Below are positions 40,517-49,989 of a stretch of 64,000 nt of DNA, piece by piece. This DNA is from Nitrospirota bacterium. Lineage in GTDB: Bacteria; Nitrospirota; 9FT-COMBO-42-15; HDB-SIOI813. The stretch spans positions 128,046 through 192,045 of the forward strand of contig JADZCV010000045.1 of assembly GCA_020851375.1 (NCBI GenBank), in the 5' to 3' direction. The position numbers were made by a program, and so were the translations under genes. The notes under the pieces are model-generated. The model saw only the letters and a list, made by a program, of their open reading frames with translations. It had not been told where the DNA came from and searched no databases. The stretch's first letter is position 1. Each line of letters begins with the position of its first letter.

Positions 40517-41158
40517 TTGGAACATCCCGGAACACCAAAGGATGCACCAAAGGCTTTTCTCGAGCAAATAGAACAGGTGATCCGGCTTATCCGCTCGAAG
40601 GGAATCGGCGTCTTCTTCTGCACGCAGTCACCAACGGATATTCCACAGACTGTGCTGGCACAGTTAGGCAACCGTGTGCAGCACGCGCTGCGGGCATTCA
40701 CGCCAAACGATGCGGAGAACCTGCGCAAGACCGTAAAGACCTATCCACGCTCCGATTTTTATGAGATTGACAGGGCGCTCACGTCAATGGGGATCGGGCA
40801 GGCGCTGATTACGGTGTTGAATGAGAAGGGAATTCCCACGGAGGTTGCCGTTACGCATCTGGTTCCGCCCCGCTCCGTGATGGGTCCGCTGCCGGAGAAT
40901 GAATATCGTAATCTGTTTCTCTCTTCAGAATTCTATCGTAAATACGAAAAGACGATTGACCCCGTGAGCGCTCAGGATATCCTTTCAAGCCGGATGGCGC
41001 AGCAGCAGACACCGGCCGGAGCTCCAGTTTACAAATCCTCTCAAAGGAAAGCAGAAAAAGGAATGGTGGAGCAGGTGCTCTCCAGTTCTGTCGGGCGGCA
41101 GATTGGAAGAGAGCTTGTGCGCGGTGTGTTCGGGATGTTGTTTGGCAAAAGACGATAA
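40517..41158 (+). pseudogene. C-terminal fragment of a YjgR/DUF853 (HerA-like) ATPase, high GC
   Basis: Matches only the C-terminal half of the about 500-aa family (GIGVFFCTQSPTDIP). It has no N-terminal Walker A and starts right after the emrB stop, in DNA of visibly higher GC. Confidence 0.4.
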
Positions 41159-41192
41159 TGAGAGAGCACTAATACCAGTGGCTTGAATCCCG

Positions 41193-42023
41193 CTACGGCT
41201 CCGGTTTTTGGTATAAACGGTTCGGCCGCAGCATTCGCCACTTCTCCGCAGTGAGATACTGGCGCAACTGAGCGAGATCAGGTGAGATATGCAGAAATTC
41301 CTCGTTATGGTCGGTGTGGTCTGCCAGATTCGTCAGCAGAAATCCGCCGGGCTTTACGGCTTCTGCCAACGCCAGCAAATAATTCATGGGGTCTGGTACA
41401 TGTTCGAATATTTCCGTAGCCACGCAGAGATCACATGCCGGTAAATCAGGAATCGGACAGCTCGGTGTGCAAGCAGCGATTGAGGCAGGCAATTCCCACC
41501 GCTGGCAGAGCCAACGCAGGAAGTCCATATGCAGCAGTGGCAGGTCGGCCAGAAACAACTGCAACGGCTTGCCTTGATTCCGCAACCGGCACGCCCACGC
41601 AATCGAAAACTGCGCCAGACCACAGCCAAAATCCACGATAAGTGGATCGGCCCGCTCTTCCAGGATGCCCAATTCGGGCCACGATGTGAGCAACGGTTCA
41701 TCGTAGCTGAGCAGGCGCATAAACTGCAAGGGCTCATGTGCTGCGTAAGCCTGCTGAAGTTCCATCGGCGTGTTTCCCCAGAACGGCTGGCACAATTCCA
41801 TCTGTACCAGCACGTGAGCCTTGAATGACCGCCCCCGATGCCCCTTAGGCAGCGCGGCCCAGGAGCGATAGAACCGGTCGCGGCTCTCCTGGAGGCTGAT
41901 TCTCAACCGCTCCGCGTTCCATTCACAAAACGCCTCCTGCCACCGGTTCAGGCGGGGAGTCGTGAAACCGAGCACCGTGCACCGCTTCGACTTATTTCGC
42001 CACATTTGGGACAGCCAGCTCAT
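41193..42023 (-). CDS. Class I SAM-dependent methyltransferase (high GC, island-borne)
   Basis: Motif I VDFGCGLAQFS and post-I/II motifs; GC content is far above the window average. Confidence 0.6.
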   Translation of the reverse strand: MSWLSQMWRNKSKRCTVLGFTTPRLNRWQEAFCEWNAERLRISLQESRDRFYRSWAALPKGHRGRSFKAHVLVQMELCQPFWGNTPMELQQAYAAHEPLQFMRLLSYDEPLLTSWPELGILEERADPLIVDFGCGLAQFSIAWACRLRNQGKPLQLFLADLPLLHMDFLRWLCQRWELPASIAACTPSCPIPDLPACDLCVATEIFEHVPDPMNYLLALAEAVKPGGFLLTNLADHTDHNEEFLHISPDLAQLRQYLTAEKWRMLRPNRLYQKPEP

Positions 42024-42371
42024 GACAGTCCTTCCTTATGCACTCTTCTATCCACGTCCTCCTCCTACGCTCTCTTCAGAAATTAACAATTGCTCTTTGA
42101 CAACTTAAGACCTTCTGATGGCAAACGAGAAGTGTCTTGTCCGTTAATGCATGTTTCAACTGGCTGATCTCGCTGTGGAGCCTGGACTCAGCGAGTTCAG
42201 GGCGGAGGTGTCCTGCTCGAGATATTCGGAACAACTATTTCGGGCTTAAAGTTAATCCTGCCATTGCTGCAGGCGTTATTAAAACAGCGCTTGCAGGGTT
42301 AACTGATCCTTCACATCCGCAGAGCTGACAGGACTCTGACCCAATCATACGCAACGCCTTGATTTACCTGA

Positions 42372-42443
42372 AGCCGGGGAAGGGAATTGAACCCTCAACC
42401 TACGCATTACGAATGCGTTGCTCTGCCATTGAGCTACCCCGGC
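42372..42443 (-). tRNA. tRNA-Thr (anticodon CGT)
   Basis: Hand-folded cloverleaf: acceptor GCCGGGG/CCCCGGC, D stem GCTC/GAGC, anticodon stem ACGCA/TGCGT with loop TTCGTAA, T arm GAGGG-TTCAATT-CCCTT. No CCA is encoded. Confidence 0.8.
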
Positions 42444-43297
42444 AAATTGTCAATTACTGCGGAGAGCAGTCTTGATGCATCTTTACTGCGCATCACTGCC
42501 ATATTAACTACATCTTCATGCCTCAGGGGAGATGCACTGATGCCGGCAGCATTATTGGCTATCATTGATATGACAAGGACCTTAATGCCAAGATACCGGG
42601 ACATTATAACCTCAGGCACTGTAGACATGCAAACTGCATCTGCACCGAGTGTGCGGAGCATCCTGATCTCTGCCGGCGTCTCGTAGGAGGGCCCTGTGAC
42701 CGCGGCAAGGGTGCCGGTGTGCAGGGTTATCCCAATATTTCCGGCAGCGGATAAGACCAACTCTGCCAGCTGCCGGTCGTAAGCCTCTGTCATATCTGTG
42801 AAACGTGTCCTGTCAGCGGCATGAGGGTTCGTCTGCAGCATTATGCTGCCCGCTGTCCTTTCTTCAAAGGGCGAAGGGGCTCTGAGTGGATTTGATCCCA
42901 TCATGTTAATATGATCTGTAACGAGCATAAAATCGCCTGGATTGAAACCGGGTCTTATGCCTCCTGCAGAATTTGTCATGATAACCTGCCTGACACCCAG
43001 CGATGAGAGCACTCTGACAGGGAAGGTGACCTCATCCATGCTGTATCCCTCATAATTGTGCACCCTTCCCTGAAGAAGTATGATCTCTTTCCCATTTTTA
43101 GAGCCATGCAGAAGGCTTCCTTTGTGACCGCTGACTGTTGATATTGGAAAATCAGGGATGTCCTGATACTTGATTTCTGACACACCGTCCAGCAGAGCGC
43201 ATGTATCCCAGCCTGAACCTGTTATAATTGCGGTTGAGGCTGAGATATTCAGTAACGCCGACTTAATGTATTTTACAGCATCATCAACTGGTCTCAT
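42434..43297 (-). CDS. Purine nucleoside phosphorylase (PNP/MTAP family, trimeric type)
   Basis: Family motifs: the GSGWD phosphate loop, SGHKGSLLHG, MTNSAGG and a VCMSTVPE-like region. The start was trimmed to MRPVDD because the upstream 33 codons are repeat-derived. Confidence 0.8.
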   Translation of the reverse strand: MRPVDDAVKYIKSALLNISASTAIITGSGWDTCALLDGVSEIKYQDIPDFPISTVSGHKGSLLHGSKNGKEIILLQGRVHNYEGYSMDEVTFPVRVLSSLGVRQVIMTNSAGGIRPGFNPGDFMLVTDHINMMGSNPLRAPSPFEERTAGSIMLQTNPHAADRTRFTDMTEAYDRQLAELVLSAAGNIGITLHTGTLAAVTGPSYETPAEIRMLRTLGADAVCMSTVPEVIMSRYLGIKVLVISMIANNAAGISASPLRHEDVVNMAVMRSKDASRLLSAVIDNLPG

Positions 43298-43304
43298 TCT
43301 TGAA

Positions 43305-43503
43305 ACCTGTTCACTCGAAAATACTCCTGAGTACCCGTCATTCCCACGGAACCTGTCCCCGCAGGATTTAAGCGGGGAGTGGGAATCCAGAACCAAGCTA
43401 CTGGTCTGGCTTCCGGCTTACGCGGGAATGACATTTTTCATGCCCCTGTGAGCCCCGAACTTTCAGCGTGCCGGACACCCGAAGGACTCATGACGGTTCA
43501 TCC
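43305..43503. repeat. Repeat family 2 copy (modules A-B-C)
   Basis: It begins with the same TTCACTCGAAAATACTCCTGAGTACCCGTCATTCCCACGG sequence that forms the lexA translation-initiation region. Confidence 0.6.
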
Positions 43504-43613
43504 GACAATGTCTGTTAATTATGCTGCCAGGATCATCTGCAAACAGCCCCTTTGTTCTGTCTGTCACAGCTCAGGGAGTATTTAGCGAATCAAGCCGGCT
43601 GCACAGGCCGTCG

Positions 43614-44354
43614 CTACATGCTGATGCCAGCGCTTGTGATAACTACGTTCCTTACCACAGCCCCCCGCTTGCCAAGGGGTTCAACGGATTTATCATTGAC
43701 CTCAAGGTCTATCCCGCCGGCATTGCCGGCAGTAATGACAATTCTGCTTTCGCCGTTCCACTTTACACCTTCGCCAGGTTTCAGGATCACATCCTTTGTC
43801 TCTTTATCATCAATCGTTGCATTGATCCACGTCAACTCTCTCGCCTGTATGACAAGCACAAAAGGTTCAGCCTTTTTTTGCGCTACCGGCTGCCGGGGGC
43901 TTATGTCCTCGGCAGGAATGTCTGCCGGGGCTTCCCTGACATCCTTTGAATTCCGTATTGTCTCGCTATCCCTGCCTCCGGAGAACAGTATTATCAAAAA
44001 AATCACTACAATTATGCCGGCAGTGACCGGCAGAATTATCCTTGCCTTTCCTGGTTTCGATACCTTATCCTGTTTTGAATAATTTTCCGGAGTTTTTTCA
44101 TTTGGAACATCTGGTTCGGTCTCAGCAGCAGTCTCCCTGATCCTCCTGCTGATTTCCTCTTCGCTGATGCCAAGACATTTCGCAAATGAGCGCACAAACC
44201 CATAATAGAATATATCTCCCGGGGTTTTGGAAAAATCATCATGCTCTATCGCCTCGAGATAGCGGAGATTTATCTTTGTAACCTCTGCCACATACTCAAG
44301 ACTATATCCGCATGTCTCTCTTACACGTTTAAGATGTTCGCCTAATGTCTCCAT
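43614..44354 (-). CDS. rodZ: Cytoskeleton protein RodZ-like (HTH, TM, C-terminal DUF4115)
   Basis: XRE-type HTH, a single TM segment, and a C-terminal beta domain. Start trimmed to METLGEHL. Confidence 0.7.
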   Translation of the reverse strand: METLGEHLKRVRETCGYSLEYVAEVTKINLRYLEAIEHDDFSKTPGDIFYYGFVRSFAKCLGISEEEISRRIRETAAETEPDVPNEKTPENYSKQDKVSKPGKARIILPVTAGIIVVIFLIILFSGGRDSETIRNSKDVREAPADIPAEDISPRQPVAQKKAEPFVLVIQARELTWINATIDDKETKDVILKPGEGVKWNGESRIVITAGNAGGIDLEVNDKSVEPLGKRGAVVRNVVITSAGISM

Positions 44355-44355
44355 G

Positions 44356-45123
44356 TCACCGTTTATTGAACATTTCAATATACTTCATGGCCTCAGCCGC
44401 TGCTTCGCTGTCAGGCGCCAGCGCTACCACTTTCTTAAACGCTGTAAGCGCCTCCTCTTTATTCCCCTCCCTGGAATATGCCAGGCCAATATTGAGCCAC
44501 GCATCCACACTGGCCTGGTCCTTTTTCCGGGCCTCATCATATGCAGATATGGCTTCCCTTATCATATCAATCTTCATGTATGTGTGGCCAAGCCACAGAT
44601 AAAACACAGAACTGTCCGGTTGTATCTTTACTGCCTCTTTAAACTCCGTAAGAGCTGACTTGAAATCACCTTTTTTAAAGTACGCAATGCCAAGGTTGTA
44701 TCTCGCCCCCTGCGGCGTACTGTATTGCGGATTGCTCAGGGCCTTATCATACTCGCCCACGGCATCATCCCATAGTTCCATCTTCCCATACGCAGCTCCA
44801 AGGGCATTATGCGCATCACTATACATAGGGTCTATCTCCAGCGCCTTGCTGTATTCCCTGACAGCATCATTGAACTTCTCCATCCTGAAATAGACATGTC
44901 CAAGTGCATAATGATACGTCTTCTCATCAGGATCAAATTCCACTGCCTGGCTGAATTCAATAAAGGCCATCTGCAGATTGTTTTCATTCAGATAGGCAAT
45001 ACCAAGCTTGTGATGGGCATCAGCCTCCCTTTCGCTCTTTATCCTGCTCTTTGTAAGTCCGCAACCGGATAACAGCAATAGGACAACTGCCGCGAAGGCA
45101 AATATAGTCTTGTAATGCTTCAT
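44356..45123 (-). CDS. TPR-repeat lipoprotein (PilF/PilW-like)
   Basis: Lipoprotein signal with an LSGC lipobox, followed by 6 TPR repeats. Confidence 0.7.
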   Translation of the reverse strand: MKHYKTIFAFAAVVLLLLSGCGLTKSRIKSEREADAHHKLGIAYLNENNLQMAFIEFSQAVEFDPDEKTYHYALGHVYFRMEKFNDAVREYSKALEIDPMYSDAHNALGAAYGKMELWDDAVGEYDKALSNPQYSTPQGARYNLGIAYFKKGDFKSALTEFKEAVKIQPDSSVFYLWLGHTYMKIDMIREAISAYDEARKKDQASVDAWLNIGLAYSREGNKEEALTAFKKVVALAPDSEAAAEAMKYIEMFNKR

Positions 45124-46046
45124 CTGTTAAATATCTCCCCGGCATCCTCAAAATGAGTAAGCCGTTTAAACTCCCTGTATCGGTTCAGTATCTCCTGATA
45201 GTCAAGAGAGCGGATCCTGTTGAGGCTGAAATCCTCAACGACAAAAGATGCCATTACGCTCCCGAATATGACAGCCTGCCGCATGTTTGCTTCGTTGAAA
45301 TTGCGCGTGTTCGCAAGATAGCCAAGAAAACCGCCTGCAAAACTGTCGCCTGCGCCTGTAGGATCAAAAACGCTTTCTAACGGATAGGCGGGTGCAGCGA
45401 AAACATTCTTCGAGTTGAACATCAGCGCCCCATACTCACCCCTCTTAACGATAACGTGTTTCGGGCCATATGACATTATGGCACCGGCAGCCTTGACAAG
45501 ATTGGCCTCCATGGCAAGCTGCCTTGCCTCTCCGTCATTAATAATCAGGACATCCACGCTCTTCAGCGTGTTTAACAAAGCCTCTCTTTTGCCTGAGATC
45601 CAGAAATTCATGGTATCACAGGCAATTATTCCTGGAGCAGCTACCTGCCTCAGTACATCGCTCTGCAATTCAGGATCAATGTTAGCGAGAAAAACCACTT
45701 CGGAATCACGATATGACTGAGGTATCGCCGGTCTGAATGTTTCAAATACATTCAGATGAGTCTCAAGCGTGCTGGCCTCATTAAGCTGGTAACCATACTC
45801 ACCCTTCCACCTGAAGGTCTTCCCTGACCGCCTCTCGAGCCCTTCAGTATTTACACCCCGGCTTTTTAGAAACGTGATGTGCTGATCCGGGAAATCATCT
45901 CCCACCACTGCAACAAGATTGACTGAAGTAAAATAGCTTGCAGCCGTGGAGAAATAGGTTGCAGACCCGCCCAGGATCTCATTCCTCTCACCAAACGGCG
46001 TCTTGACACTGTCAAATGCTACTGAACCAACTACAAGTAGACTCAT
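45120..46046 (-). CDS. PfkB-family carbohydrate/nucleoside kinase
   Basis: N-terminal GG motif and C-terminal DPTGAGDSFAGGF. Confidence 0.8.
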   Translation of the reverse strand: MSLLVVGSVAFDSVKTPFGERNEILGGSATYFSTAASYFTSVNLVAVVGDDFPDQHITFLKSRGVNTEGLERRSGKTFRWKGEYGYQLNEASTLETHLNVFETFRPAIPQSYRDSEVVFLANIDPELQSDVLRQVAAPGIIACDTMNFWISGKREALLNTLKSVDVLIINDGEARQLAMEANLVKAAGAIMSYGPKHVIVKRGEYGALMFNSKNVFAAPAYPLESVFDPTGAGDSFAGGFLGYLANTRNFNEANMRQAVIFGSVMASFVVEDFSLNRIRSLDYQEILNRYREFKRLTHFEDAGEIFNR

Positions 46047-46063
46047 ACTTCCCCCCTTACTGC

Positions 46064-46927
46064 CTATTTAATATATTTGCTGATAATTAATCCCAGTTTC
46101 TCTTTTGCTTCTGATGGAATGCCGTTGCGGGATGTTATTATTGCGTCCCTGAGCGCATTACGACACCCGCAATCTGATTTATCGGAAATCATCCCGAGCG
46201 CCTCCCTGATAATCTTCTTTGAAGTATCCACGTTCTTGTTCAGTATTGCTATTATTGCATCTGTTGTAACTGCCTCTTCCTCCTTATGCCAGCAGTCATA
46301 GTCTGTAACAAGGGCGATGGTGGAATAGCAAATCTCTGCCTCCCTTGCCAGCTTGGCTTCTGTTACATTGGTCATCCCTATAATATCAACTCCCCAGCTC
46401 TTGTAAATGTGCGACTCTCCCCGTGTAGAAAACTGCGGGCCTTCTATACATATGTATACCCCACCTCTGTGAACCTTAGCGCCGACATTTACCGCCGACT
46501 GATACAACGTCCCTGCGAGATTGCTGCAGACAGGGTCCGCAAGAGAGACATGTGCCACAATCCCCTCGCCGAAGAAGGTGCTGATACGGCGCCTTGTATT
46601 GTCATAGAACTGATCAGGGATGACTATCTCCTCGGGGTGTATATCCTCCTTCATACTGCCAACGGCGCTGACGGAGATAATCCTGCTTACGCCAATTTTC
46701 TTCATCCCATAAATATTGGCCCTGAAGTTTATGTCAGACGGCTGTATAACATGCCCCCTTCTGTGTCTCGACAGGAACGCCACCCGCCTCCCCATAAGTT
46801 TACCTATAATAAAACTGTCTGAAGGCGCGCCAAAAGGCGTATCCACCTTAACCTCTTCAATTCCTTCAAGCCCTTCCATCTGATAAAGCCCGCTTCCGCC
46901 TATAACACCGATATCAGCTCCCTGCAT
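46064..46927 (-). CDS. mtnP: S-methyl-5'-thioadenosine phosphorylase (MtnP/MTAP)
   Basis: IGVIGGSGL N-terminus and the TNVTEAKLAREAEICY motif typical of MTAP. Confidence 0.8.
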   Translation of the reverse strand: MQGADIGVIGGSGLYQMEGLEGIEEVKVDTPFGAPSDSFIIGKLMGRRVAFLSRHRRGHVIQPSDINFRANIYGMKKIGVSRIISVSAVGSMKEDIHPEEIVIPDQFYDNTRRRISTFFGEGIVAHVSLADPVCSNLAGTLYQSAVNVGAKVHRGGVYICIEGPQFSTRGESHIYKSWGVDIIGMTNVTEAKLAREAEICYSTIALVTDYDCWHKEEEAVTTDAIIAILNKNVDTSKKIIREALGMISDKSDCGCRNALRDAIITSRNGIPSEAKEKLGLIISKYIK

Positions 46928-47186
46928 TTACTGCCTCCTCTGCCTTCTTTTCCTCACCCTCCCGCACGTCAAAGTCACGTATTGCCTTTTTGGGGACGAT
47001 AACAGCAACGGAATGTTTATATATAAGGTTCTGGCTCTCACCCTTGACCAGTATACTGAAATTATCAAATGCCCTGATAGTACCCGATATTTTAGAACCA
47101 TTCAGTAAATGTACTGTTACAGTCGTCTTTTCCTTTCTGAGGTGATTCAAAAACTGATCCTGCAGGTTGATGAATAATTTACTCAT
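46914..47186 (-). CDS. hfq: RNA chaperone Hfq
   Basis: Sm1/Sm2 motifs (QDQFLNHLRKEK, IYKHSVAVIVP). Confidence 0.95.
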   Translation of the reverse strand: MSKLFINLQDQFLNHLRKEKTTVTVHLLNGSKISGTIRAFDNFSILVKGESQNLIYKHSVAVIVPKKAIRDFDVREGEEKKAEEAVNAGS

Positions 47187-47201
47187 TGTTTCTCTCCTTT
47201 T

Positions 47202-48146
47202 TCAATTTAACCCCATCGCACATCTTATATCCCGCTCAATATCCTGGTAGTGGGAGCAGTCATCCTTCACATCATGCCATCTTATCCTTCTATCCCTGCG
47301 GAACCAGGTAATCTGTCTCTTTGCGTATCTCCTCGTGTCCCTTTTCAAAAGCCTGATTGACTCATCCAGACTATACCAGCCTTTGATATATCCTGCAATC
47401 TGTTTGTATCCAAGGCCGTTTGTCAAAATAAAGGCCTCATAGCCATTATCTATAAGCCCTCTTACCTCTGCCTCAAGCCCGTTTTCCATCATACGGTCTA
47501 TACGTCTTTCAATTCTCTTATACAGCTCTTTCCGGTCCATGGCGAGGCCGATCATAACAGTGTCATATGGTCTTTCACCAAAACCGTGAGTATCCTGAAT
47601 GTCTGATATGGGCACGCCGGTTATTTCATAAACCTCCAATGCACGGATTATTCTTACAGTGTCATTGGGCTTTATCCTTGCTGAAGACACAGGGTCAACA
47701 TCCTGCAGCCGCTTATAGAGATAACCACTTCCGCGTTCTTCTTCCTCCTTAAGCAGTCTCCGGCGCAGTTCCTTATCTGCCTGAGGCGCCTCGCAAATCC
47801 CGTCAACAACAGCCCTTATATAGAGGCCTGTACCACCTGTAAGTATCGGCATTTTCCCATCTCTGTGAAGCCTCTCTATAACAGGCCTGACGAACCGTAC
47901 ATATTCACCGGCGCTAAATCGCTTGCCTGGACTGACAATACCAAGCATGTGATGGCGGACCCTGGCCAAATCCTCCTTTGCGGGCTTTGCAGTTCCGATA
48001 TCCATCCCTTCATACACCTGCATTGAGTCAGCACTTATAACCTCCCCGTTAAGGACACCGGCAAGATGTATCGCCAGGTCACTTTTGCCTGAGGCAGTAG
48101 GGCCTGCAATAACAAGGAGCGGCCTTCTTTTTGCAAAATCTTCCAT
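47202..48146 (-). CDS. miaA: tRNA dimethylallyltransferase MiaA
   Basis: P-loop GPTASGKS; part of the mutL-miaA-hfq synteny. Confidence 0.9.
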   Translation of the reverse strand: MEDFAKRRPLLVIAGPTASGKSDLAIHLAGVLNGEVISADSMQVYEGMDIGTAKPAKEDLARVRHHMLGIVSPGKRFSAGEYVRFVRPVIERLHRDGKMPILTGGTGLYIRAVVDGICEAPQADKELRRRLLKEEEERGSGYLYKRLQDVDPVSSARIKPNDTVRIIRALEVYEITGVPISDIQDTHGFGERPYDTVMIGLAMDRKELYKRIERRIDRMMENGLEAEVRGLIDNGYEAFILTNGLGYKQIAGYIKGWYSLDESIRLLKRDTRRYAKRQITWFRRDRRIRWHDVKDDCSHYQDIERDIRCAMGLN

Positions 48147-48175
48147 GTCAACCAGCCTGCTGATAATTTAAACTG

Positions 48176-49969
48176 TCACTTCCTGCCGAACATCCCAGCA
48201 AGCTCGTCATATGTAAATCTCCGTATTACAGGCCTTCCGTGCGGACAGGTATACGGCATATCAGTATGGAGCAAATCCTTCACCAGAGCCATCATCTCTC
48301 CTGTGGTCAGCAGCCCCTTAGCCCTTACTGCCGCATGACAGGCCTTTCTGCTCAACAGAGACCTTACAACCTTGTCCATTGCATCAATCTTCATGCCCTC
48401 TGACGCAGGGAAGTCCTTCTCTATGATCTCATCAGTCATATCAATAAGGAGGGATTTGAAGTCATCTCCAGTAAAGACATCAGGAACAGCCCGGACAATA
48501 AAGGACCTGTCCCCTATCTCACCGATGTCAAAACCAAGCTTATTTAAAAACTCCATATATTCACACAACGTGTGAGCTTTATCAAGACTTAATTCAATGG
48601 TTTCAGGAAGCAGCAGCGGCTGCGAGGCAAGGCCGCCTTCGTCGTATCCACGCATTAATCTGTCATAGACTATCCGTTCATGCGCTGCATGCTGGTCTAT
48701 GATGCTGAACTGACCATTGATCTCAGCCACGATAAAGAGCGCTGCTGTCTGTCCAAATACCCTGACAATGGGCTCCGCATACATTTCCTGAGGCTTATAT
48801 TCTGCATTTTCCAGAAACGGATTGAATCCTTCTGAGACTGTCAGACTTTCATTTGAAAATTGTCCCCTGTCCAGCCACCCGGCAGAACGGAGATTAATCC
48901 CCTGTTTGAAGGAGGCTTCTTTAAAACCGGTCATAAAGGCCGGCGTCAGGCCTGCATTCTCATTCCTTCCCCCGGCATGCAGCGCACCCCGTATGGCCTC
49001 AACAACCATGTCATGGACATACCTGCTGTCCCTGAATCTGACCTCCCTCTTCGTTGGATGCACATTTACATCCACTGACTCAGGCGAAATGTCAATGAAA
49101 AGGACTGCGATGGGAAAGCTGTCTCCGGGGATTAAGTCACGATATGCCTGCTGAACAGCATGGGACAAAGATGGATTCTTTACAGCCCTCTTGTTGACAA
49201 AAAACAACTGGTTCTCCCTGGTCCTGAAAGTCATGGCCGGGCTTGAAACAAGACCATCTATATTTCCGCTGTTGATTTTAAATGAAACAGGTATCAGCCC
49301 TTCTGAAATGTCGCTTCCATAAATCTGCAGGATCCGTTCGGCAATGTCTGTAACAGGGGGAAGGTCATAAATGACCCGAGGCCTGTCCCCATCCCCGGTC
49401 AGAATAAAATGTATATTTGTGTTAGACAGGGCCTGATGTGTTACAGTAGATAATATGTGACCGTGTTCAGTTGAGACTGCCTTAAGAAAACTTTTCCTCG
49501 CAGGCACATTATAGAAAATATCCCGCACCTCTATCTCTGTACCCTGGGGACAACCACACTCTGTATTCTTAAGAATGCTCCCCCCGGTGATTTCGATAAA
49601 TGTCCCTGTCAGCGCCGCCCTCTCCCTCGTCTTAAGGCTGACCCTCGACACTGCCGCAATGCTCGCAAGGGCCTCACCCCTGAAGCCAAGGGTGCGGATA
49701 TTGAAGAGATCATCTGATGATACAAGTTTGCTTGTGGCATGTCTTTCAAAGGCGCTGCATGCATCCCTTCGGCTCATCCCAGTCCCGTTATCCGCAACTG
49801 AAATGAATTTTGATCCGCCTTTATCAACTTTAATGGTGATCTGCGTGCTCTCTGCATCTATGGAATTTTCTATGAGTTCTTTTAACACAGAGGCAGGTCT
49901 TTCAACCACCTCTCCGGCAGCTATCTGATTGATTAAATCCTGTGGAAGGTGTCGTATTATATCAGACAT
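48176..49969 (-). CDS. mutL: DNA mismatch repair protein MutL
   Basis: GHKL ATPase N-terminus (NSIDAEST, DNGTGM) and a C-terminal dimerisation domain. Confidence 0.9.
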   Translation of the reverse strand: MSDIIRHLPQDLINQIAAGEVVERPASVLKELIENSIDAESTQITIKVDKGGSKFISVADNGTGMSRRDACSAFERHATSKLVSSDDLFNIRTLGFRGEALASIAAVSRVSLKTRERAALTGTFIEITGGSILKNTECGCPQGTEIEVRDIFYNVPARKSFLKAVSTEHGHILSTVTHQALSNTNIHFILTGDGDRPRVIYDLPPVTDIAERILQIYGSDISEGLIPVSFKINSGNIDGLVSSPAMTFRTRENQLFFVNKRAVKNPSLSHAVQQAYRDLIPGDSFPIAVLFIDISPESVDVNVHPTKREVRFRDSRYVHDMVVEAIRGALHAGGRNENAGLTPAFMTGFKEASFKQGINLRSAGWLDRGQFSNESLTVSEGFNPFLENAEYKPQEMYAEPIVRVFGQTAALFIVAEINGQFSIIDQHAAHERIVYDRLMRGYDEGGLASQPLLLPETIELSLDKAHTLCEYMEFLNKLGFDIGEIGDRSFIVRAVPDVFTGDDFKSLLIDMTDEIIEKDFPASEGMKIDAMDKVVRSLLSRKACHAAVRAKGLLTTGEMMALVKDLLHTDMPYTCPHGRPVIRRFTYDELAGMFGRK

Positions 49970-49989
49970 AAATACAAATTCAGCTATAA

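Noticed and set aside
40441-42371. Searched the high-GC island for an integrase or att direct repeats
   Set aside because: No tyrosine or serine recombinase ORF and no copy of the tRNA-Thr 3' end were found at the distal boundary. The island is reported as a remnant only.
42434-43396. Longest-ORF N-terminal extensions of pnp (to 43396), cpoB (to 50988), rodZ (to 44378) and the ParE toxin (to 63869)
   Set aside because: The extensions run into repeat DNA or the upstream gene and lack an RBS. Internal starts with an RBS and family-typical N-termini were chosen instead.
43170-43585. ORFs 43170-43451(+), 43379-43585(+), 27864-28115(+), 33027-33233(+) and 31949-32200(+) from the six-frame track
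   Set aside because: They lie entirely within family-2 repeat DNA, their peptides are near-identical between loci because the DNA is repeated, and they have no RBS. They are phantom ORFs.
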